The translations under genes and the position numbers were made by a program. Under the pieces are notes generated by a model that was not told the origin of the DNA, did no database searches, and saw only the letters and a program-made list of their open reading frames with translations. A stretch of 61,363 nt of DNA from contig JABLTG010000128.1 of the NCBI GenBank assembly GCA_016618085.1, positions 1 through 61,363 on the forward strand. Reading direction: 5' to 3'. Each line of letters begins with the position of its first letter. Position 1 is the stretch's first letter. Below, piece by piece: positions 50,462 through 59,290 of the stretch. This DNA is from Neovahlkampfia damariscottae (taxonomy: Eukaryota).

Positions 50462-52480
50462 TCAATTTCCAGGTAAGCGATAAAATCTGAATGTTGGAGT
50501 TGGTGATTTTTTTTGATCTTGTGAATTCTTTTCAAATTTTTCTTTCAAATCCATCATTATTTGAAAATTCAATGATTCATAATCTCTATAACACCAATAA
50601 GATGAAATTAAAATAACCACAGAAATGAACATTGAAAAATTTCTACAAACCCAAATTTTGAAATGAATCGCTTCGTTATTTGTTCCATAATCATCAGAAC
50701 TCATTTTGATGATAAATTTTTCACATAAAAAGTTAAAGATCAAAACAGAAAATAACCAAATTCTGCAACCAATCGTATATTTTGTTGATGTCAATAGGAA
50801 ACTTAATATAATGTAGGCAATGAAATAGAAAACAGTTTCAACACCCATGAATTCTCCAATAAGTGTGTTTGTCATTGACAATAATTTTTGAATTGTTCGG
50901 ACTAATGTTTCATAAGCCAATGAGAATTCAATTTGGGTGTCTTTAATTCTTTGTGATGATTCAATAGAATGCTTCAACAAATCATCAAAATTTCTTTTTA
51001 CTTCAATTACAAACTGTTGTTGATATTCACCCATTTTTTTGAATTGTTCTTTTGTGGTTTCTTCTGATTTGATAATTTGATCATAAGTTTTCTTGAGACG
51101 TTCTGTTTGATCATTCGCAAACTTCATCAAAGAATTCATTGAATTATTGATAAAATCAAATTTTTCTATCATTTTTTCGTTTGATTTTTCTAAATTCTTT
51201 TGAAATTCATCTTGATTTTGCATCATTGATTTTTGTTTTTCAAACATTTCATTTTGATTTTTCATATGTTCAATAGATAATCTTTCAACTCTTTCTAATG
51301 AATTAATACTATTGGATTGTAATGAAATCATTTTGTGTTGATTTTTAATCAATTCTTGTTGATGTTGAAGAAAAGTATCCATATTTTCATTTGTTTTTGA
51401 TGTCAATATTTCAATATTATTGATCATAGTTGAACTTTTCTTTTGAATATTTTCCATTTTTTGTTGATTTTCAAGTAAACTTTTTCCATTCTTCATTGAT
51501 TGATCCATTGACATCTTTAATTTATTTTGAACAAAAATAAAATTCTGGATGTTTTCTGATATTCCTTTTTGTTGTTGTTTCAGTGTATTTGATATTTCTA
51601 AATTTTTGTTCATTGATGAATCAAGTATTCTATTGGTTTAATTATTTTTCGACTCACTTGAAGTTATTTTCATTTTGATCGAAAAATCTTTGTTGTCTGG
51701 AAATAAATGATTTTTGATCTTCAGATAGTTTATAAATTCCACGATTCAACCCATCTGTCAAACTATTTAAGCCAACGAATGAAGTTCTTAGAGTTTCAAA
51801 ATTTTTATCTTCTGTATCTCTGATCGTATTCAATTTTACTTGAACTTCATTTTGATCATGAAGAATTTGTTTTTGATTATTTTTTGATATTTCACTAAAA
51901 AACATATCAACAATGATAACCCATTCTTACATTGATGTTTGAATGTCCATTGATTTTTCATTCAATTTTCTCAACAAAATTTCAGCCATTAATGAATTTT
52001 TTGATAAATTTTGGATATTCTCTTCAGTTTGTTTATTAAAAAGTTCACTTTGTATCAAGTAACAAACATTTTCAACGTGAGTTGTGAATTGAGTATAAAC
52101 TTGAAATGCAATGGATGAAGTAACCATACTAGAAGTACATTGTCGAAGTGACATTTCTGATGTACATTTATAAGGTTCTATTCCACTCTTCATCAAGTGA
52201 CAATTCGTAAAAAGAACAGCAATTTTTCCTCTGAGCTCGTCAGTATCCTGTAATTCTTTACAACCTCCTTTCAAAGTCAAAAGAGCATTTTTCCAACAAC
52301 TTCCATATCTTACTTCGTCTTTGGATAATTCTAAAAGTTGTTCTAGTTTTTTATTTATAATTTTTTTGTTTTACTTTTGGCCTCTGTTTCATGAGAATGT
52401 TGATTTGGATTAAGTTGAAAATCTGAGATGACAATTTGAATGAAAAATAAAAGTATGAAAAGGATTGGAATTGATTTCAT
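50462..52480 (-). CDS. GEX1: GEX1/KAR5/Brambleberry nuclear-envelope fusion protein, multi-exon
   Basis: Signal peptide, Cys-rich domain (CWKNAL..L..GC...AVLFTNCHL..SG...C...CT..M...AFQVYTQF..HVENVC), long coiled coil and three C-terminal TMs. Confidence 0.85.
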
Positions 52481-52587
52481 CTTTGTGAATCACCAATGAA
52501 ACGTCAACATTGTTGATCAGCACTTTTGTTGATTTCTTAGAGAATTTCATTGGTTGGTAAAGTACCACCAATCAGTTAGTTTCTTCA

Positions 52588-53931
52588 ATGAATCAACACA
52601 ATGAAGAACAATTGATGTTGCCACAGTTTTATTTGAATTTATTCAAAGACTTCAACAAATATCCTCAACAAGATGCAAAAAAAATTGTATTCCTACATGA
52701 CAAAAGTATCAATTTCAAAAACTTTATAACTTTTGACAATACTTTATGCTGTGTTTTGAAATTATTTCCACAAAATATAGTGTTTAGAAAAGCAGAGATT
52801 GTCCATCATGCATTGAAAAATGAATTTCTAATTACTTTTTTCTTTGACAAGACTTTGTTGTATAATCAATTAATTTATGAAAAAGTAAGTTTGTCATTTC
52901 AAAATGAAGAGTTCAACAATAACACTTGTGAAATCATTGGAAAGATAGTATTTTTAAATGAATATGAAATGAATGTTCAAATTAACTTCAATACAATGAT
53001 TGAAATTGAAAAAAAATTCGATATTCAGAAACAATATCGCTCTGTTGATTCATTGAATCGAATATTTGATTGGTTTTCAATTAAGTCATCAAAATACCCT
53101 TCTTTTTTATTCAATTATTCAAATATTCAACAATCAAAGAATTTCAATTTCACCGTAAAAAACTACAAAGCAACTGTTGTGAATCAAAAATTAGAACTGA
53201 AATCTGTTTCATTTGAATTTGAAAAAAATAGCATAAAGGACGACTGGAATCCATTATATATGAATTTTAATTTGTTTTTTGATGATGATTTTTTTATTCA
53301 AACTTCAAGAGGAAATGAAATTTCATTGTCTCATCATTCCATCTTGGTTATTGGGATTTCAAAAAATTCAACTTTTTTGAATTCATATAAAACATTTGAT
53401 ACAATTCCAACAGAACTATTTTACAACAATTCATTGCCGAATATTACTTATGTGACTATTATTGACGAACATTTGAACTTGATGAAAACAACAATTGGCT
53501 ACATTAAAAATACCACTTTAACGCAAAACATTTGCTTTTATGGGGACGATAAAAGAATTTGTTTTGATTTCTTTAATCATCCTACAAATTTTAGAGTATT
53601 GTTTCAATGTGGCCAGTTGGACAAAGGGTGGTTTGATCCAAATCCAAATGAAGGAAGAGAATATTTCAATTTTTTAATAAAAGAATATAATATACCCTAT
53701 GGCCTTGACGAAAAGGAAGAAATTAAATTCAATAATGCATTTATTGATTCATGTTCATTGGTATTAAGTATTTTTATTGAAGAGATTGAAGCATTCATTA
53801 AAATACCATTTTTAAGCAATGAAGAATCTGGGATTCATTTTGATTCCAAAAGGTATTGTATAGGATTCTTGAAAAGAGGATTGATTGAAAATGGAGCAAA
53901 ATTGATTGACCTGCAGTTTCAATTTAAATGA
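52588..53931 (+). CDS. Hypothetical protein, 447 aa, intronless
   Basis: Long ORF 20 nt after CCAATCA at 52568; no recognised domain. Confidence 0.7.
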   Translation: MNQHNEEQLMLPQFYLNLFKDFNKYPQQDAKKIVFLHDKSINFKNFITFDNTLCCVLKLFPQNIVFRKAEIVHHALKNEFLITFFFDKTLLYNQLIYEKVSLSFQNEEFNNNTCEIIGKIVFLNEYEMNVQINFNTMIEIEKKFDIQKQYRSVDSLNRIFDWFSIKSSKYPSFLFNYSNIQQSKNFNFTVKNYKATVVNQKLELKSVSFEFEKNSIKDDWNPLYMNFNLFFDDDFFIQTSRGNEISLSHHSILVIGISKNSTFLNSYKTFDTIPTELFYNNSLPNITYVTIIDEHLNLMKTTIGYIKNTTLTQNICFYGDDKRICFDFFNHPTNFRVLFQCGQLDKGWFDPNPNEGREYFNFLIKEYNIPYGLDEKEEIKFNNAFIDSCSLVLSIFIEEIEAFIKIPFLSNEESGIHFDSKRYCIGFLKRGLIENGAKLIDLQFQFK

Positions 53932-54131
53932 AGACTGTTGAAAATATGAACATTTACATTCTATTTTTATCAATAGTCTCTTACCACCTGGGAATAGTTT
54001 AGAATGAGTTTGGAAATGAACTATAAAGTTCAATAACATTTTTTACTCAAAGAAATCACTTGTTGAAATCGACACATCAGGAGTTTCAAATATTGTTTCT
54101 GGATGACTTTGTCCTCTTGATTAATACTTTC

Positions 54132-54250
54132 GCTTACGGCCATACTTAGGAGAATACACCGCATCCCGTCCGATTTGCGAAGTTAAGCTCCTACAGGCTC
54201 TCCTAGTACTAGGGTGGGAGACCACCTGGGAACCGGGAGTGTTGTAAGCT
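54132..54250 (+). rRNA. 5S: 5S ribosomal RNA
   Basis: 119 nt. Terminal helix GCTTAC/GTAAGC, GGCCATAC, CATCCCGTCCGAT, box A-like GAAGTTAAGC, and TAGTACTAGGGTGGGAGACC..CTGGGAA. Confidence 0.96.
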
Positions 54251-54258
54251 TTTTTTTT
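54250..54258 (+). terminator. RNA polymerase III oligo-T terminator
   Basis: T-run immediately after the 5S 3' end. Confidence 0.85.
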
Positions 54259-54656
54259 AGAAATGGCAAATGATTGTGTAATCTTTCAATTTTTACCTCG
54301 GTTTTAGGAATATTTCTCGATGAATGTCACCAAAAGAAGAAGAAATTCAAAATGTGGGATTCATGTTGATAATTTACCAACTGTAGATTTGACATTAAAA
54401 TTTGTTCAGACTTCCCCTTTGAACTTTATTTTTTTTTGAAGTTTCAAATTTTCAACCTTAATTTTTTCATTTGTATCGCTGATTGGTATTTAATGTTCAT
54501 TAACAACAGAGTGTTCAAGAAGGCTTTCTGGAGACCTTCCTTCCACACACACAAAGAATTAAAAGTAAACACCTTAGCCCTCCAACTTACCTTCTTTTTG
54601 TACTGGAAGAATAAAAATGACCAAGTGACAAGAATGAACTTTACGAGTGTCACAAC

Positions 54657-55100
54657 AGTAGTAGTGGTGAAAAGTCCGGACGGCGATTTAACTTTTTTTA
54701 ATTTTCAACCCCCAAGGAAGTTAAAAAAGATCATTTTCGCGGATTTTTTATTTTTTTTGACCAAATCCCCCGTTATCCCCTGAGCCATTTTCTTGCCGTC
54801 TCACGCCTCAACTCGGCGGTTTTTTGTCATTTGAAAATTTTAGTTGCCTTCTTACTTTTTGTTATCCATAATTTTTCATTTTGGTTCTGTAATTTTGTTG
54901 GTCCATTATATTGCTTTTTTGTTGGTTCAATTTTATGGGTAATAAAAACTACGAGTTTCTAATCCATAATTTTGGAAGATTTGAATCCTTTCTAATTGGA
55001 AGATTTGAAGCGTTTTGATTGGCTTAATCCTTTGTTTTGGAGTCTGAATCCTTCTTTTTCAAAAATGAACCTCAATTAAATAACTGTTAGTTTTTCAACC
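54657..55100. repeat. Candidate left terminal inverted repeat of the element (partner not in window)
   Basis: AGT x3 terminus, a locally GC-richer non-coding tract, and short internal direct repeats (TTGGAAGATTTGAA at 54972 and 54996; AATCCTT three times). Confidence 0.55.
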
Positions 55101-55126
55101 AATTAATTCAATTTTAAAGAAATTTG

Positions 55127-55423
55127 ATGGTGAAGAAAACAAAACAAGAACAAGAACAACAAACTCGCGAAAAATACTCTAAAAACATTCGTAATTTTAT
55201 GGAAAACCATGGTGAAAATGGAAAGCATCAATGCCATCGCTACGCAGTCAAATGGTGTCAAGAAGTGATATTGAACGAAAAAACACCTCTGGTATTTGTT
55301 CGAATAATTGCTTTATGGTCTGGAAGTCGTGGAAATTCTGGTAACATTAGAGAATGTTATTCACAACCTATAAATTTATTAATTTTAATATATTTTAATA
55401 TTATATTAAAATGGATCGGTTAA
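55127..55423 (+). CDS. Viral hypothetical protein
   Basis: ORF of about 98 aa overlapping the ATPase start; no recognised family. Confidence 0.4.
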   Translation: MVKKTKQEQEQQTREKYSKNIRNFMENHGENGKHQCHRYAVKWCQEVILNEKTPLVFVRIIALWSGSRGNSGNIRECYSQPINLLILIYFNIILKWIG

Positions 55424-56052
55424 TAAATGATACACCATACATATCAATAATTTGTGCTCCACCTCGGTCAGGAAAAACATATTTGATAAAATATTTGCTA
55501 AATGAAATGTTTAAGAAAAAGAAAGTTAAATATGGAATTGTATTTTGCCCAACTAAATTTACAGGAGCATATGATTTTTTACCTAATGAGTTTGTCCATT
55601 CAAGATATAATGAAAACACATTGATTAAATTTTACAATATTCAAATTGCACAACAAAAGAAAAATAAAAAAGCAGAACCTGCATTTATCATTTTTGATGA
55701 TTGTATTGGTTCCATTAACTTTCAAAGCAAAATAATGAGCAGATTGACATCAACATATAGACATCCAAATTTTACATTAATATTTACAACTCAATACATA
55801 CATAAAATACCAACAACCATAAGGGAATGTGCAACATATTTTATTACTTTTAAACAAACAAAAGAAAATACATTTAAATCAATTCAAGATAATTTTATGA
55901 ATGAAATGCCAATTAAAGATGTTAAAAAGTTCATAATTGATAACACCCAAAACTATAATTTTATTATTGTAGATGTATTAGAAGATGATGACCAAAAATA
56001 TCACATTGGAAGAGTGCCAGAAAAATACAAATCAATTAAAATTAAATATTAA
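55411..56052 (+). CDS. A32-like (FtsK/HerA superfamily) genome-packaging ATPase
   Basis: Walker A APPRSGKT, Walker B FIIFDD, then YRH, FTTQY and IPTTIRE; 213 aa. Confidence 0.92.
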   Translation: MDRLINDTPYISIICAPPRSGKTYLIKYLLNEMFKKKKVKYGIVFCPTKFTGAYDFLPNEFVHSRYNENTLIKFYNIQIAQQKKNKKAEPAFIIFDDCIGSINFQSKIMSRLTSTYRHPNFTLIFTTQYIHKIPTTIRECATYFITFKQTKENTFKSIQDNFMNEMPIKDVKKFIIDNTQNYNFIIVDVLEDDDQKYHIGRVPEKYKSIKIKY

Positions 56053-56074
56053 TTTAAATCACAATATAATATAT

Positions 56075-56333
56075 ATGACAGTCGAACTAACAATTTTAAT
56101 CGTTATAACTTCAGCAGGTTTAATTACATCATTAATTGGACCACTTGTTACTGGAGTTATTGAATTTAGCAAAAAGAATAAATAAATCTAGTTGTTGTGG
56201 ATCAAACGTTGAATTATCACCTTCCCAAATACACGAAGAAATTAAAAAAACAACATCTGAGCATCAAATAAAAATGAATGAGCAAAATGAACAAATTGAT
56301 AAAATACTTAATTTCATCAATGAGAATAAATAA
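56075..56333 (+). pseudogene. Small viral membrane protein with a +1 frameshift in an A-run near 56171-56176
   Basis: MTVELTILIVITSAGLITSLIGPLVTGVIEFSK continues as RINKSSCCGSNVELSP... if one A is removed. Confidence 0.65.
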
Positions 56334-56751
56334 ATTTTTTGTTTAAATTATAAAAATAAAATTTGATAATTGACATTTTCCCACAATTATTAGTATTAAC
56401 ATAAATATTTTCAGCTTCGATAGATAGCAATACTTTTATTATTATTTTTCTTAAATGTAGATATTCTTTTTTGTTTATTGTAAAATAGAAACTTCTTTGT
56501 TTCAAATCAACGTATTCATTAATATTATTATCTCTTTTTGAATATTCAACAATATTTTTTATTCTGTTAATATCAATTTCTCCATATAATTCTTTATACA
56601 ATGGCGCAATTTTATGAATCACATTTTCATCACAACACATAATAATAATCATAAAACACAAAATTTCAGTACTTAATTTTCTATAGGTTTTTGTTTCTGC
56701 CTTTTCTTTTTTGCTTAAAATTTCATCATCTAAAAATGTTGGGTATATCAT
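56317..56751 (-). CDS. Viral hypothetical protein
   Basis: Intronless ORF of about 144 aa inside the element. Confidence 0.55.
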   Translation of the reverse strand: MIYPTFLDDEILSKKEKAETKTYRKLSTEILCFMIIIMCCDENVIHKIAPLYKELYGEIDINRIKNIVEYSKRDNNINEYVDLKQRSFYFTINKKEYLHLRKIIIKVLLSIEAENIYVNTNNCGKMSIIKFYFYNLNKKFIYSH

Positions 56752-56930
56752 ATACAATAATATTATATATTAATATTATTCTTTAAACCCAAAAATTATC
56801 AAAATTATTAAAAACTTTTTATTAGTTCTATTGAACAAACAAACCAAGAAAGAAAAATAAAAACGAGTAACATTATTTTAGTTTAATGATATTTTATTTA
56901 CATTTTCTTTATTTCACAATTGTTCATTGT

Positions 56931-57305
56931 TCATTCTCCATCTGATAAAAGAGAAACAATGGATTTTACAATTTTTGTTCTTCCATCATAGCTTTTTACC
57001 CAATCTATGAATTTTTCATTATTTTCTTTATTGTTATTATATTTGTCATTTAAATACGTTAATAAGCATTTTTTTATTCCATCCTCAACTTTTGTAATAT
57101 CAATTTTTTTGTCAAGACAATACTCCACCACTTTCGTAACAAATGCTCTTTCATCCTTGAATTTATCTCCGATTGTAACTTTAAAATAGAAAGTTCTAAA
57201 ATAGATGGAATTATGGTTTCCATCAAACGTTTCGCTTCTTTTTCTCCAATTTTTCCAGCTTTAATGTTGCTTTCAATTTTTTTGTGTTTTCCATTGATTT
57301 CTTTC
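56931..57305 (-). pseudogene. 5'-truncated, frameshifted viral gene abutting the MCP 3' end
   Basis: Frame KEINGKHKKIESNIKAGKIGEKEAKRLMETIIPSILELSI switches to FKVTIGDKFKDERAFVTKVVEYCLD...DGE*. No clear start or promoter of its own. Confidence 0.45.
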
Positions 57306-58513
57306 TCGCACCCTCATTGTCAATTACAAATCTTTCAGCAGTTCTTATAATTGCAATTAAATCAGTTTGAGCAGCCAAACTTGAAAAATTTACATTTAAT
57401 TCAACATCTCTTTCATCAAAGTATCTAGAACCGTGATATCTTTTACTTTCCGAACTTTCAACATTGTGGTCATTTGCATAAGTAATAATAAAATCATTTT
57501 CGGATGATGCAGTTCCAGATAATATATTTTTCCATCCAGGAAGTTCTAAACGTGGTAAAATTACTCTATCGTAATATGATTTTGTTATATCTTCTTGAAT
57601 TCCATACATCAAGTATTTTCCTGCAGATTTTAAATTCCAACTTGATGGCGCAATATATGTGTCAGTATAATCGGATGCATCATTTGTATCACTTAATGCT
57701 GAAGCTCTTAAGAATGAATCTATATCAATAACTCTTTTATTGATAAGTGATGGTAATGGTAAATTCGCAGATGTTGAAGATGAACTGATTGATTTTGTTA
57801 CAATTGTATGATTAACATTGTAATAAACCCATCCATTTTTTTTACGTAATTGTCTGTTTGCATTAATTACTTCTGGTTTTGGTCTAATATATTGGGCATC
57901 AATATAAGTATTTGTGATTGAAAATGTTGCTGTGCCTGTATTATGGTCTGTTTGTATTACATGTCTAACGTTATCTCTTAAAGGGATTCTAATTTCTAAA
58001 TCTCCCTTAAGCATTGCAATATCCAATGGTTTTTGAAATAATGCAAATATTAAACTTAATGGAATTGCAAATTTTTGAGCGCTTCCACCTAATGTGTTTC
58101 TATTTGCTTGTGAATCAATACCCAACATGGTTGAAAGAGTTGCATATTTATCGGAATTTGAATATTTTTTAACGTTATGATAAATACTATCAGGGTATGC
58201 TGTGTCTTTAATTTTGTTTTCTTGCCATAATTCAAATCTTAAGGCCATAAACAAAGCAAGTGCATTTACAGCTCTTCTATATGTTCCCCCAGTTCCTCCT
58301 GATAGAGCTGAAATATCAAAAATGATATATGCATCATCAAGTTGGTCATCACCAGATTTTTTTAATTTATACAATTGTTGTTCCAAATGAAGGTGATGGT
58401 GTAACATCCGGTGATGATTTTTGATTTACAACCTCACCAATAAATTTACCAGTTTGCACATTTTGTAAAAGATGTAATTGTTCGTTGTCAAAAAAACTTT
58501 TTTCTTTGCTCAT
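57223..58513 (-). CDS. Major capsid protein (double jelly-roll type), frameshift near 58370
   Basis: Probable start TAAATG at 58513 (MSKEKSFFDNEQ...PSFGTTIV), then YKLKKSGDDQLDDAYIIFDI, FAIPLSLIFALFQKPLDIAMLKGDLEIRIPL and FSITNTYIDAQYI. About 400 aa, beta-rich, adjacent to mCP and ATPase genes. Confidence 0.82.
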
Positions 58514-58539
58514 TTATACTATACATTAACAAAATAAAT

Positions 58540-59263
58540 TTAATTTTCAACAGTAAAAAATAAAATATAATCAATACCATTTAAATCAACATAATTATTT
58601 TCATCATCAAATAATTCTATAGTTAATTTATCAATTCTATCCTGATTATTTTCAATTTCGTTTATAATATTTGTATTTTCAATAATATAATTATACTCCC
58701 CTGAATTTACATTATTTGAAATTATAAAACTTCCATTTATTTTGTTTATGTTGCTATCAATAGAATTTTTTATTTCTTCAATTCTCAATTTATAATATTT
58801 TGTTCCAGATAAATTATAAACATTAGTTCCTGTTACGTCCATTGTTGATGCAGTATTTGATGAACCAAAACCCAATATTTTACCTAAACTACTATTTTGA
58901 GAATTTTAAAATTACTGATATGGTTGATTGAATCCTAAATTTATTAGTTGTGCTACTTTGTGATACTGTAAAGGTTGAACTGAATGAATTAGTATTTAAT
59001 TGTGTTTGTAATTCTGTTGCTAAAGTTGAAGGAGTGTAAAATCCTTTTGTCAATGTAAAAGTGTAATCTATGCTTGATGCTTCAACTATTAATGTTTTAT
59101 TGTTATCATTTATTAAATATTGACTATTTGGAATAATGCAACTAATAAATTTAATTCTTTTAACATTTAAAAATGGCTTTTGTGGTTTATATGTCCATTT
59201 ACTATTACTAACATCTAATACATCTCTTTGAGAACTATCTACTATTACTGTCGTTTTGTTCAT
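58540..59263 (-). CDS. Minor capsid (penton-like single jelly-roll) protein, +1 frameshift near 58895
   Basis: VIVDSSQRD...NVKRIKFISCIIPNSQY.IN..N...GFYTPSTLATELQTQLN; FS/NSSLGKILGFG; IDKLTIELFDDENNYVDLNGIDY. Confidence 0.82.
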
Positions 59264-59290
59264 TTATAGTATGTCAATAGAAATTATATA

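Noticed and set aside
1..54000. Alternative genetic code or widespread pseudogenisation to explain the fragmented ORFs
   Set aside because: Nearly all breaks I examined resolve with short canonical GT-AG introns, and TAA/TGA act as normal stops.
54132..54656. 5S-derived SINE (SINE3)
   Set aside because: The 5S copy is full length with an intact terminal helix and ends at a T-run terminator; there is no body, tail or TSD.
54436..54783. ORFs 54436..54783 (+) and 54444..54653 (-) as a host gene disrupted by the insertion
   Set aside because: No recognisable motif and no consistent splice model; it cannot be supported without the right flank.
54840..55060. CRISPR-like array in the short repeats of the element end
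   Set aside because: The repeats are 7-14 bp, irregularly spaced and few, with no repeat-spacer periodicity and no cas genes.
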